Source: an uncultured Acidobacteriota bacterium
GTDB lineage: Bacteria > Acidobacteriota > Terriglobia > UBA7540
DNA length: 64,000 nucleotides
Direction of reading: 5' to 3'
Assembly: GCA_963804995.1 (NCBI GenBank)
Contig: CAWDSK010000005.1
Coordinates: 352,001 to 416,000 of the forward strand
The position numbers were made by a program, and so were the translations under genes. Each line of letters opens with the position of its first letter. The stretch's first letter is position 1. The notes under the pieces are model-generated. The model made no database searches. It saw nothing but the letters and a program-made list of their open reading frames with translations, and was not told the origin of the DNA. Below are positions 8,563 to 17,984 of this stretch, in pieces.

Positions 8563-10542
8563 TCATGTCGCTCTATTCGAGCCGGCGGACGTGACATCCA
8601 GGGCTTGGACCGGAATCAATCCGGTGGGATTTACCGACCGCAACTCGTAGGCTTCCATGGTGATGGTTTTCACCGGGCAGCGCTCCGCGCAGAGGCCACA
8701 GCGGATGCAGCGGGTTTCGTCCTTGAGCATGATGGAGCCCGCGATGACTCCCAATTCCTCCGCGGCCACGTCGTTCAATTCGACTCCCAGCAGATGCCGA
8801 TTGTTCTGGAGAGCTTCGACCGTGCCCGCGGGGAATTCGACTCGGTCGAGTGAGACGAGTTGCAGGCAATCCTCCGGGCAAACATCCACGCAACCGCCGC
8901 ACAGCGTGCAGCGCGACCCATCGACTCCGTTGCCATCGAAGACCGTGTTAATCCAACAGCGCAGGCAGCGGCTGGCTTCGGCGCGCGCGGTGCGCTCGTC
9001 ATAACCGATTTCAATTTCCGCCGTGCCCTTGCGCTCGGCCGGGGGGAGCATGGGAACGGGCTGGCGCGGGATGTTCATGAAACCCGGCGGCATCTTGTGG
9101 CGCTTCACGGTTTCGACTTCGATCTGCGGCTCCGCGTGGCGGCGCCCGGTCAGGTATTCGTCGATGGCGATGGCCGCGCGCTTGCCGTCTCCAATGCCGT
9201 CGATGAGAAGCCGCGGGCCGAAGGCGCAGTCACCACCCGCAAAAACCCCGGGCGCGGTCGTCATCAGGGTTTCAGGGTTCACTACGATCACACCGCGCGC
9301 GGAAATCTCCACACCATCTTCAGGGCGCAGAAAATCAAGCTGGGGCGTTTGGCCGATGGCGAGGATTACCGTGTCGCATTCGAGCTGATTCTCACTGCCC
9401 TCGTAAAAGGTGGGATTGAAGCGGCCGTGGTTGGTCAAAAACGCGCTGGGTTCCGGAGCGTCTCCAGACCCAAAACCTTGCCGTCTCGTCCCAGAATGCG
9501 CTTGGGGCCAAGGCCGGGAAGAATCGCGATGCCCTGCGCCTCGGCCACCTCGATCTCCTCGGCGGAGGCAGGCATTTCGTCCCTTTGCTCCAGGCAGACA
9601 ATGCGAACCTGCGGCCTGCTGGCGGGGGGGAGCAGAGGCGGAATTGCTGGACATTGTGACCGCTGTCGCGACGTTTTCGCCAGGGCCTGCGACCTGGGAC
9701 ATGTCCCAGTTGTTGCGCTCCCAGGCCCGTAGCGACCGTAGTCCCACGTCAAATGCCGTATCGCCCCCGCCAATCACAATGACATTCTTGCCGATCGGAA
9801 AATGGCACCCGGCGTTAACCTTGCGGAGGAACTCGATGCCGATATGCACCCCTTGTAAATCTACGCCAGGAATCGATAACCCATTGCCACGCTGCGCACC
9901 AACACTGATCAGGACTGCATCAAAACCCTGGCGGCGCAAATCGTTCACACTGAAATCACGCCCGGCAGCCTGATTGAGTCGCAGGGTGATGTCGCCCGTG
10001 GCCAGAATTTCCCGCACCTGCGCTTCAACCACATTTCGCGGGTGACGAAATTCCGGAACGCCCTGTTGAAGCATTCCTCCCACCTCGGAGGTGGCTTCGA
10101 AAATCGTCACCGAATAACCCATGAGTGCTAGGTCGTGCGCAGCGGAAAGGCCCGCTGGTCCGCCACCAATGACGGCAACCTTGTGCGGCAATTTCCGACT
10201 GGGCGCGCGATTGACTTCGATGGGATGCGGCGATTCCGGCCCGTACCGTTCCGTCAGAAAACGCTTGAGAGCGCGAATGGCGATGGGCTTGTCAATCTCC
10301 CCGCGACGGCAAGCGGTTTCGCAAGGGTGGGCGCAGACTCGGCCGCAACTGCTCGCCAAGGGATTGGGATTACGAGCGAAAAAGTAGGCTTCCTCGAAAC
10401 GGCCCTCGGAGATCAGCGCGACGTAGCGGCCGGCATTCGTGTGCGCAGGACAGGCCATCATGCATGGGAAATTGGTGTTCAGCCAGTCGCGGTCGACAAG
10501 TTTCAGTCCTGCGCCCATATTTGCGACTCTGGGGTGTGACAT
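8563..10542 (-). CDS. GltD/NfnB-like FAD- and NAD(P)-dependent oxidoreductase with a C-terminal ferredoxin domain (two compensating frameshifts at about 9440-9650)
   Basis: PCMMACPAH, CGRVCAHPCETACRR, VIGGGPAGL, VIGGGDTA, VFAGGD, RCLRC, CTLCGGCVDVCP, CIRCGLCAERCP. The segment VRIVCLEQRDEMPASAEEIEVAEAQGI lies in another frame (9435-9773). Start is uncertain (ATG 10542 chosen). Confidence 0.88.
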   Translation of the reverse strand: MSHPRVANMGAGLKLVDRDWLNTNFPCMMACPAHTNAGRYVALISEGRFEEAYFFARNPNPLASSCGRVCAHPCETACRRGEIDKPIAIRALKRFLTERYGPESPHPIEVNRAPSRKLPHKVAVIGGGPAGLSAAHDLALMGYSVTIFEATSEVGGMLQQGVPEFRHPRNVVEAQVREILATGDITLRLNQAAGRDFSVNDLRRQGFDAVLISVGAQRGNGLSIPGVDLQGVHIGIEFLRKVNAGCHFPIGKNVIVIGGGDTAFDVGLRSLRAWERNNWDMSQVAGPGENVATAVTMSSNSASAPPRQQAAGSHCLPGAKGRNACLRRGDRGGRGAGHRDSSRPWPQAHSGTRRQGFGSGDAPEPSAFLTNHGRFNPTFYEGSENQLECDTVILAIGQTPQLDFLRPEDGVEISARGVIVVNPETLMTTAPGVFAGGDCAFGPRLLIDGIGDGKRAAIAIDEYLTGRRHAEPQIEVETVKRHKMPPGFMNIPRQPVPMLPPAERKGTAEIEIGYDERTARAEASRCLRCWINTVFDGNGVDGSRCTLCGGCVDVCPEDCLQLVSLDRVEFPAGTVEALQNNRHLLGVELNDVAAEELGVIAGSIMLKDETRCIRCGLCAERCPVKTITMEAYELRSVNPTGLIPVQALDVTSAGSNRAT

Positions 10543-10811
10543 TCCAAGGCTACTATCGGCGTAATTCCAAGGCTTTAATCGCTGGTTCCGCAAGCCACTC
10601 GGACTTCGATCGGCACTCCGCCCACCCCCGAGATGGCAAGTACCGTGCCGAGAGGGATTTCCGTATAACATTAGGGTTGACGCCATGACATCAATAAGTT
10701 ACGGGAGTAGGGGGCTTTCAAGAGAAGCAAAAGTTTGAGGAAATCTACCGCGGCCTGTGTCAATTCGCACACTTCTGAAGCAAACAAAGGGCGTTTTCTC
10801 TTCTGTAACCC

Positions 10812-11057
10812 ATGCCAGAAAGTCGCAAGCACGACATCGCTTGCCGCCAGATCGACATTGGCAACGCCGTCACCGAAATGATCGAGCGGATGGCCGCCGG
10901 AGTGCCGCAGGCGGACGGAACAATCATGGTCGAGCCTCGCAAGGATGTGCGGCATGTGACCGAGGCGGTCTTGTATATGGCAAGCCTACCGCTGGATGCC
11001 AATGCGCTGTTCATGACTGTGATGGCTACCACGATGCCTTTTGTTGGGCGCGGGTGA
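10812..11057 (+). pseudogene. C-terminal fragment of a short-chain dehydrogenase/reductase
   Basis: RKHDIACRQIDIGNAVTEM...AVLYMASLPLDANALFMTVMATTMPFVGRG is a typical SDR C-terminus. No Rossmann or YxxxK part is present upstream. Confidence 0.75.
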
Positions 11058-11540
11058 AGGGAAGGTTTTGTGGGAGGATGGGGCTAGGGAAACTGTGGCG
11101 ATGAGTGGTGTCGAAGCAAGCGCAGCGCGGCCGAGCCGGAAATGAAAACTGATGGGCAAAATGTGTGAGGTTGGGAATTATGGTGGGACAACGCCCTCTA
11201 CGGCCCTCGGAGAGCAACATCTGGGACAATCTCACGCCGACAAAAAGTCGGGGTTTGCAAGGCTAAATTAGGAGAATCCGCGATGTCGAGCCCAGCCTGC
11301 TAGCCTTACGTCAAACCGGATGTGCAGATTTCCTCCCTCCGATTCATACGCCAATTCCGGCCGCGTGGCAGAGGCAAGAGCCGGTAGCAAAGCGCGGCGG
11401 AGCTGCAACCAAGCGAAAGCAGTCGTCGCCAGCTCCCTCTCAAACTGTTGCCGTTCCCAGCAAGGGAAATTCATTGGATATCCCGGCGTTAGAGGTTACG
11501 ATTCAGCGGATAGGAATAGGGAATTTGTGGAGGATGAAGC

Positions 11541-13487
11541 ATGAAGGCGAGGTCTAGCGAATCCCGGGCCCCAGCAAAATCTAAAAAGCGCGAGGGGCAG
11601 ATCGGAAACCTGACGAATGACCGCACACTGGGCATGAACGCGCGGATCTGCCGCCGCGATTTCCTGAACTCGGCGCTACTCGCTTCGGGAAGTGTGTTGC
11701 TCGAATCGCTGACCCCGCTCGAGCTCCTGGCGCAGCAGCCGGGCTGGGGAGGGTACACCGGAGAAGGCGATTACGCGGGTGCCAACGGGAACACGGAAGA
11801 GGTGATGCTGGCGGCGCATGCGGTGCGGGACGGGGTTTTCGATTCTCCTTCGACGGCGGTGGTGGACACGGGCGAGGTGTTTGACCTGGTGGTGGTGGGC
11901 GGTGGAATCAGCGGCCTGGCCTCGGCGTTGTACTTTAAGGACCAGGCGCAGCCCAAGCAGACCTGTCTGGTGCTCGAAAACCACCCCATTTTCGGCGGCC
12001 AGGCGCGGCGGAACGAATTCGTCGTGGATGGTCAGCGGCTGATTGCGCCGCAAGGGTCGAACTTTTTCTGGATGCCTCAACCGAAGCAGATCGAAGAGTT
12101 CTACACGCGCGTGGGTGTAGATCCGAGCCAGTTCAAATACCAGGAGTGGGGCGGTCCTCCACCGGCGATGCCGCTCAGCCACACCGGTTACTACTTCGCC
12201 CGCAATTTGCCGTCGCCCCCCAACTTCGGTTTTTACTTCGGTCCCAAGTTCGGCCAGCGGCCGGGAAAGTGGATTGTTGATCCCTGGAACAATTTGGACC
12301 AACTTCCCTTGTCGGCTGAAATGCGGTCTGATTTCGCCAAATACATCAAGGCGGTGATTGAGTACCACAATTCACCCCGGCATGATAGCACGGCGGAGTT
12401 GCGCCACTTTGACACCCTCACGGCTGAGGATGTGCTCATGGAGCGTCACGGCATCAGCCGCGAATTTCTCCGTTTGTTTCTCGCTCCCCATTCGGCGGCC
12501 GCCATTGGTTTAGGACCTGATGCCGTCACGGGTTTTCATTACGCGCTGTATGGTGCGGGCGATCGCCAGACGCGCCTTAGTTTTCCCGGTGGGAATACGG
12601 GTTTCACGCGGCACATTGTCAAGACACTCCTGCCGGAATCGATTCCCGGACCGCGCACGCTGGAAGCGGTTTGCCGCAATCGCGTGAACTTTGCTGCGCT
12701 GGATCGCTCTGCCAATCAGGTTCGCATCCGCTTGAAGTCGACAGCCGTCGCCGTCGAGCACGAAGGCGAGCCCCAGAAGTCCTCCTTGGTTCGCGTCACC
12801 TATATTCGCGACGGCAAAGTTTATCGCCTGAAGGCCCGCGCCGTGGTGATGGCGGGTGGCGGCTGGATTACCAAACACGTGGTGCGCGACCTGCCGGCCA
12901 CCCATCGTGAGGCCTATAACCAATTCAACTACTCGGCGAGCGTGGTGGCCAACGTGGCGGTGCGCAACTGGCGTTTCCTTCACAAACTGGGGCTTTCCGG
13001 CGGGCGCTGGTTCGAAGGTTTCGGCTTCTGGACGGAAGTGCGAACTATCGCCACCTTTGGCTCCGATAAGCCAACGATCGGGCCGGACTCTCCCACCGTC
13101 TTGTCGGTGATTGTGCCCTTCCATTATCCGGGCTTGCCGCTCGCCGAGCAGTGCAGCAAAGGCCGCGCGGAGCTGCTCTCCACGTCGTTTCGCGATTTCG
13201 AGCGGAATATTCGCGAACAATTTACGGAGATGTTTTCGATGTCCGGATTCGACGCGCGGCGGGATATTGCGGGGATTATCCTGAACCGGTGGGGGCACCA
13301 CTTCATAGTCCCCCAACCGGGGTTTATCTACGGAAAAGAGGGGAAACCCGCTCCCTCCGACATCCTGCGCAACGCGCCTTTTGGCAGGATTGCTTTTGCC
13401 AACACGGACCTGACGGGAGACAGTGGTCACGATCGGGCCATCATGGAGGGCCAGCGCGCCGTGAAGCAGCTTCTGTCTGCTTTGTAG
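11541..13487 (+). CDS. FAD-dependent oxidoreductase, spermidine dehydrogenase-like, paralog 1
   Basis: LGMNARICRRDFLN twin-arginine leader, DLVVVGGGISGL, LENHPIFGGQARRNEF, FPGGN, RDIAGIILNRWGH, PFGRIAFANTD. The stop TAG is supplied by the GTAG of repeat A copy 4. Confidence 0.88.
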   Translation: MKARSSESRAPAKSKKREGQIGNLTNDRTLGMNARICRRDFLNSALLASGSVLLESLTPLELLAQQPGWGGYTGEGDYAGANGNTEEVMLAAHAVRDGVFDSPSTAVVDTGEVFDLVVVGGGISGLASALYFKDQAQPKQTCLVLENHPIFGGQARRNEFVVDGQRLIAPQGSNFFWMPQPKQIEEFYTRVGVDPSQFKYQEWGGPPPAMPLSHTGYYFARNLPSPPNFGFYFGPKFGQRPGKWIVDPWNNLDQLPLSAEMRSDFAKYIKAVIEYHNSPRHDSTAELRHFDTLTAEDVLMERHGISREFLRLFLAPHSAAAIGLGPDAVTGFHYALYGAGDRQTRLSFPGGNTGFTRHIVKTLLPESIPGPRTLEAVCRNRVNFAALDRSANQVRIRLKSTAVAVEHEGEPQKSSLVRVTYIRDGKVYRLKARAVVMAGGGWITKHVVRDLPATHREAYNQFNYSASVVANVAVRNWRFLHKLGLSGGRWFEGFGFWTEVRTIATFGSDKPTIGPDSPTVLSVIVPFHYPGLPLAEQCSKGRAELLSTSFRDFERNIREQFTEMFSMSGFDARRDIAGIILNRWGHHFIVPQPGFIYGKEGKPAPSDILRNAPFGRIAFANTDLTGDSGHDRAIMEGQRAVKQLLSAL

Positions 13488-13629
13488 CGCGGACCTCCGC
13501 CGTTGAGGTCCGCGGTTCTTCGTGCGCCATTTGAGCGAATGTACCGGGGCAAAGAGGCCGCCTGGGTTTAGGCTTTGTGGATTTTTCAAATGAAGAGCCG
13601 CGGACCCCAAAACCGGGGGACCGCGCTAC
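13484..13629 (-). repeat. REP-doublet element family A, copy 4
   Basis: GTAGCGCGGACCTCCGCCGTTGAGGTCCGCGG...CCGCGGACCCCAAAACCGGGGGACCGCGCTAC, the reverse complement of copies 1-3. Confidence 0.9.
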
Positions 13630-13751
13630 GAAACAGATTGCTACGCCGGTTTACAGCACCTGCGATTTCGGAATTTGGCGAGGGTGCTTGACAGGCCCGC
13701 ATAAAACATGTAATTATCTGCTTAAAGCATGTTGTAGCGTGGAGGCAGAGT

Positions 13752-14040
13752 ATGATCGACCTTCGGGATGTTCGTTCGGTGACAGAGTTTCAGCGCAATC
13801 TCAAGGGGTACGTCGGGCGGCTTAAAGCGAAGAAGACCCCCCTGGTTCTAACGGTCAATGGCCGGGCTGAACTCATCGTCCAGGATGCCCGCAGCTATCA
13901 GGGGTTGCTCGACCGGCTCGAAGCGTGCCGAGAGGGTAGCCGCGATACGTCAAGGGATGGAAGAGTTCGAACGCGGTGAAGGAATACCCCTCCCAGAGGC
14001 GGAGCGACGGCTCCGGAAGCGACATGGCTTTTCGCGTTGA
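13752..14040 (+). CDS. Phd/YefM family antitoxin (frameshift near 13926)
   Basis: MIDLRDVRSVTEFQRN...KKTPLVLTVNGRAELIVQDARSYQGLLDRLE continues in another frame as RAERVAAIRQGMEEFERGEGIP. TTGACA at 13688 upstream. Confidence 0.8.
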
Positions 14041-14080
14041 GATTTCACCCGCCGTTGACAGCGATGCCTTGGTGTCTTAA
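14024..14080 (+). pseudogene. N-terminal stub of a RelE/ParE toxin
   Basis: MAFRVEISP.. overlaps the antitoxin 3' end in the usual way and stops after 18 codons. Confidence 0.55.
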
Positions 14081-14089
14081 GATGATCAC

Positions 14090-14311
14090 GTGAATTCAAC
14101 AATTGCCGCACCGGTTGATTGGATAGAGGCTGTTGGAAATCTGCGTTTTCCGTCGAAGACGGACCATCGTCTTCAGGAACTAATGGACCGCAACAACGAA
14201 GGGCTTTTGCAGGAATCTGAAAGGGAAGAGCTGGAGGCATTGGTTGAATTGAGCGAGCGACTGTCGCTCGTCCGCGGCGAGGCATTGCAGATTCTCGGCA
14301 AGCAGCCATAA
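14090..14311 (+). CDS. Small helical hypothetical protein of the type found upstream of HNH nucleases (putative antitoxin)
   Basis: LRFPSKTDHRLQELMDRNNEGLLQESEREELEALVEL. TAATG coupling to the HNH-like ORF. Confidence 0.65.
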   Translation: MNSTIAAPVDWIEAVGNLRFPSKTDHRLQELMDRNNEGLLQESEREELEALVELSERLSLVRGEALQILGKQP

Positions 14312-14484
14312 TGAGCGTCCCGGAAGAACTGTCGCGCACAGTTCGGGCACGCACTGGCGGGCGGTGCCAATACTGCCTGATGCACGAGAGCCTCCAGGGC
14401 GCCACCTTCCACGTTGAACACATAATCCCACATAAAGGTGCTAAACCTGAATCACTCCCGCCGCCAGCGCATCCGCGAAGTTGA
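14311..14484 (+). pseudogene. Truncated HNH endonuclease
   Basis: Hand translation VRARTGGRCQYCLMHESLQGATFHVEHIIP, after which similarity is lost. The NL..AC..CN half is missing. Confidence 0.7.
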
Positions 14485-14630
14485 GGAAGCGTTTGGTCTC
14501 TATCCGCCAGCGCTTTGAGGGTTCTTCCTGCACCACTTAAGCGAATGCCTCCGCGAGCTGGTAGTGGGGTCAAGGGCGCCTCGCGCCGCGGCGCGTTCAT
14601 CGTAGACCCTCGACGCCGCCTCTGCCTTCC

Positions 14631-14696
14631 CCCTGACAATCTGTCCTCTTGACAATCTAGAGGAAGGGAGTACTCTCATCTCGATTCCCTAGAGGA
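14631..14696 (+). promoter_or_regulatory. sigma70-type promoter of padR with overlapping palindromic operator
   Basis: TTGACA (14649-14654), 16 bp spacer, TACTCT (14671-14676). Imperfect palindrome TCCTCTTGACAATCTAGAGGA (14644-14664), with related half-copies on both sides. Confidence 0.6.
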
Positions 14697-14703
14697 GAGA
14701 TCC

Positions 14704-15039
14704 ATGACCGCGAGAGCCGCCGACCTGGTCCAGGGCACCCTGGACATGCTCATTCTGAAAACCCTGCAGCTCGAGCCCCGGCATGGCTACGGCATCGCCC
14801 TGCGCATCGAGCAGATCAGCAAGGGAGTGTTTCGTGTCAATCCGGGGTCGTTGTTTCCGGCCTTCCGGCGCCTGGAGCGGGAGGGATGGATCAAGCCGGG
14901 GTGGCGGCCGACGGAGAACAATCGGCGGGCCAAGTACTACCAGCTCACGGAGCGCGGCCGCAAGCAACTGAAAGCCGAGACCGAGGAGTGGGGAAGACAG
15001 CTCGCGGCTATTACAAGAATCATGGAGATTGTCGATTGA
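14704..15039 (+). CDS. PadR family transcriptional regulator, acidobacterial type
   Basis: DLVQGTLDMLILKTL..EPRHGYGIALRIEQIS...VNPGSLFPAFRRLE...TENNRRAKYYQLTERGRKQL. Confidence 0.95.
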   Translation: MTARAADLVQGTLDMLILKTLQLEPRHGYGIALRIEQISKGVFRVNPGSLFPAFRRLEREGWIKPGWRPTENNRRAKYYQLTERGRKQLKAETEEWGRQLAAITRIMEIVD

Positions 15040-15140
15040 GGATGGCCGATGGTCGATTGATGATTGCCGATTGTCGATTGAACGGCCACCGCGACTCGTG
15101 CCGTTATTGAATCGACAATCGACAATCGAAAATCGGCAAT
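15028..15140. repeat. Degenerate 7-nt tandem repeats (ATTGTCG / CAATCGA) in inverted arrangement; partial copy at 17903-17971
   Basis: ATTGTCG ATTGAGG ATGGCCG ATGGTCG ATTGATG ATTGCCG ATTGTCG ... AATCGAC AATCGAC AATCGAA AATCGGC. Confidence 0.75.
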
Positions 15141-15153
15141 GAGGTGACCCTTC

Positions 15154-17901
15154 ATGCCACTCCTGGGAAAGTTCATCGGCGGCTTGCGGGCGCTGTTCCA
15201 TAAGCAAGAAGTGGAACAGGAGATGGACGAGGAACTGCGCGGTTTTCTGGACGCCGCGGCTAAAGAGAAAATGCGCTCGGGGATGAGCCAGGAAGAAGCG
15301 CGGCGCGCCGCGCGCGTGGAGATGGGCAGCCTGGACGCGGTGAAAGAAGAAATCCGCAGCAGCGGGTGGGAAGCGACACTGGAAAAGCTCCTACAGGACC
15401 TTCGCTTCGGCTTTCGCGTTCTGCGGAAGAATCCCGGTTTTACTGCAGTGGTGGTCATCACCCTGGCCCTCGGGATCGGTGCGAACACAGCGATTTTCAC
15501 GCTGATTGACGCCCTCATGTTCAAGTCCTTACCGGTTGACACGCCCAAGCAGCTTGTCCTCTACAGTGACGGCGGCACTCGCGGTTTCGTAGGTATTGGT
15601 CAAGGTCATTACGACATCTTCTCTTATCCTCTCTACGAACACCTGCGCGACAACGGTGCACCCTTTGAAGGGGTCGCCGCATTCCGAACTGTGTTGGACC
15701 GACTTGACTTCCGTGTGCAAGGCCTAGGAGAGAACGAGCCGGCACAGTTGGCATGGGGAAGGTTGGTTTCAGGAAACTACTTCTCTGTCCTAGGCGTTCG
15801 GGCCGTGCTTGGACGAGTGCTGACTCCGGAGGATGATCGGCCCGAGGCGGCTCCCACCGCGGTCATCAGCTACTCCTATTGGACGCGCCGATTCAATAAT
15901 GACCGGTCAGTTATCGGCGGAGTGCTCAATGTGAACGGCATCTTGCTGACCCTGGCCGGTGTGACGCCGCCCGAGTTTTTCGGAGAAAGTGTTGAAAGCC
16001 CCCTGGCAGATTTTTGGCTTCCCGTGACCCTGCAGCCCCGATTGATGCCGGACCGGGGATCACTCTTGAAAGACTCTGAAGTCAACTGGCTCAATCTCGT
16101 CGCCCGGCTCAAACCAGGGGTCAACATGCAGCAGGCACAGGCCAGCGTTGATGTTGTCTTTCGCCAGTTCCTGACGGAGCGAGCAGGTCCTCGTCCTTCA
16201 GCCGAAGAGGGACGCAGGATTCATGGCTCCTACATCAAACTGAATCCCGGCGTCAGCGGAGTTTCGGAGTTACGCTTCCTCTACTCGCGCCCGCTTCACA
16301 TCCTGATGGCCGTCGTGGCGCTCGTGCTGTTGATTGCCTGCGCCAACGTTGCCAATATCCTGCTTTCTCGCGGCGCGGCCAGGCGGAGGGAAATCTCCAT
16401 GCGGCTGGCCGTGGGGGCGAGCCGAAACCGCTTGCTGCGGCAGTTGCTTACTGAGAGCGTCCTGCTGGGATTGTTGGGAGGCACTGTGGGGGTGCTCTTT
16501 TCAACCTGGGGCGTAATGGTACTTCTTAAGATGGTGGAAGGCGGAACCGGCAGCATTCCGCTTGACCTCACTCCAGACCCGAGGGTTTTAGGCTTCACTT
16601 TCGCTGTTTCCCTGTTTACAGGGATCCTTTTCGGGCTCGTCCCTGCCTACCGGGCTACACGTGTGGATCTGGCTAATTTTTTGAGGAGTGGAACGTCGGG
16701 GGCATCTCCCAGATCACAGTGGAATCTGTCAAAGTCGCTGGTGGTTTCTCAGGTGGCATTGTCGTTGCTATTGCTAGTGTGCGCAGGATTATTGCTCAGG
16801 ACGTTGCGGAACTTGGCGATGCAGAATTTTGGCTTTAACCAGGAGCACGTGCTGGAGGTAGGGATTGATCCCCGCATCGCCGGCTACAAGCAGGATCAGC
16901 TCAACCCCTTATACCAAGCGCTCCTGGCCCGGATGGATACCCTACCGGGTGTGCGAGTGGCGAGTCTGTCACTTTACAGTCCCATGAGCAGCGACAACTG
17001 GTCCGGGCAGATCTCCGTTCAGGGCTACTTCCCTCCACACAATGAAGGCGCGGACTGCCAATGGGTTTGGGTAGGGCCGAACTATGCGGAGACTGAAGGG
17101 ATGACGTTGATGTTGGGTCGTGACATCGGCCCGGGCGACGCGAAAGGCGCGCCGAAGGTCGCGGTGGTTAACGAGAGCTTCGCCCAGCATTACCTGGCCA
17201 ACCAAACCCCCATTGGCCACAGATTTTCAATGGATGTTCCCGCCAAGGCCTTCGAGATCGAAATCGTGGGCGTAGTCAAGAATTTCAAGTTCAATGACCC
17301 CCGGCAGGACTATTGGCCAGTCGCCTTCTTGCCGTTGGCGCAGGCAGAGGGTCCAGCTTCCTATGCCGCTTATTTAGAGATTCGCACGACAGCCGACTCG
17401 ACAAGCACCGCAGGGTCGGTGCGCCGCGTCATTCAAGACGTGGACAAGAACTTGCCTGTGACGAGCATCCACACTCTGAGCGAACAGGTGAAAGATCGTC
17501 TCAATAAAGAGTACTTGATTGCGAGGCTTTCAAGTTTATTCGGCATCCTTGCGCTTGTGCTGGCCTGCGTGGGGCTCTACGGCGTCCAGGCTTACGGGGT
17601 AGCTCGACGAACCAACGAAATCGGCATCCGGATGGCTCTGGGGGCTCATCGTAGGCGGGTGCTCTGGATGGTCCTTCGCGAGTCGCTGGCGCTGGTTGGT
17701 ATCGGAGTGGCGATTGGTCTGCCGATGGCTTTCGCTGCGACGCGACTTATTTCGAGCCAGCTTTACGGGGTGAATCCTACAGACCCATCAACGATGACGG
17801 CTGCGACAGTATTGCTCGCAGCCATAGCCGTCTTCGCGGGCTATATCCCCGCCCGCCGGGCGACGAAGGTCGATCCCATGGTGGCGCTGAGGTATGAGTA
17901 A
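15154..17901 (+). CDS. Duplicated MacB/FtsX-type ABC permease (ADOP family), copy 1
   Basis: Permease prefix domain, QDLRFGFRVLRKNPGFT..TLALGIGANTAIF, LLIACANVAN, RRTNEIGIRMALGA, PARRATKVDPMVALRYE. Confidence 0.95.
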   Translation: MPLLGKFIGGLRALFHKQEVEQEMDEELRGFLDAAAKEKMRSGMSQEEARRAARVEMGSLDAVKEEIRSSGWEATLEKLLQDLRFGFRVLRKNPGFTAVVVITLALGIGANTAIFTLIDALMFKSLPVDTPKQLVLYSDGGTRGFVGIGQGHYDIFSYPLYEHLRDNGAPFEGVAAFRTVLDRLDFRVQGLGENEPAQLAWGRLVSGNYFSVLGVRAVLGRVLTPEDDRPEAAPTAVISYSYWTRRFNNDRSVIGGVLNVNGILLTLAGVTPPEFFGESVESPLADFWLPVTLQPRLMPDRGSLLKDSEVNWLNLVARLKPGVNMQQAQASVDVVFRQFLTERAGPRPSAEEGRRIHGSYIKLNPGVSGVSELRFLYSRPLHILMAVVALVLLIACANVANILLSRGAARRREISMRLAVGASRNRLLRQLLTESVLLGLLGGTVGVLFSTWGVMVLLKMVEGGTGSIPLDLTPDPRVLGFTFAVSLFTGILFGLVPAYRATRVDLANFLRSGTSGASPRSQWNLSKSLVVSQVALSLLLLVCAGLLLRTLRNLAMQNFGFNQEHVLEVGIDPRIAGYKQDQLNPLYQALLARMDTLPGVRVASLSLYSPMSSDNWSGQISVQGYFPPHNEGADCQWVWVGPNYAETEGMTLMLGRDIGPGDAKGAPKVAVVNESFAQHYLANQTPIGHRFSMDVPAKAFEIEIVGVVKNFKFNDPRQDYWPVAFLPLAQAEGPASYAAYLEIRTTADSTSTAGSVRRVIQDVDKNLPVTSIHTLSEQVKDRLNKEYLIARLSSLFGILALVLACVGLYGVQAYGVARRTNEIGIRMALGAHRRRVLWMVLRESLALVGIGVAIGLPMAFAATRLISSQLYGVNPTDPSTMTAATVLLAAIAVFAGYIPARRATKVDPMVALRYE

Positions 17902-17984
17902 CTGTCGATTGAACGGCAGCCGCGACTCGTGCCGTTTTTCAATCGGCAATCGACAATCGAAAATCGGCAATGAGGAGACCCTTC

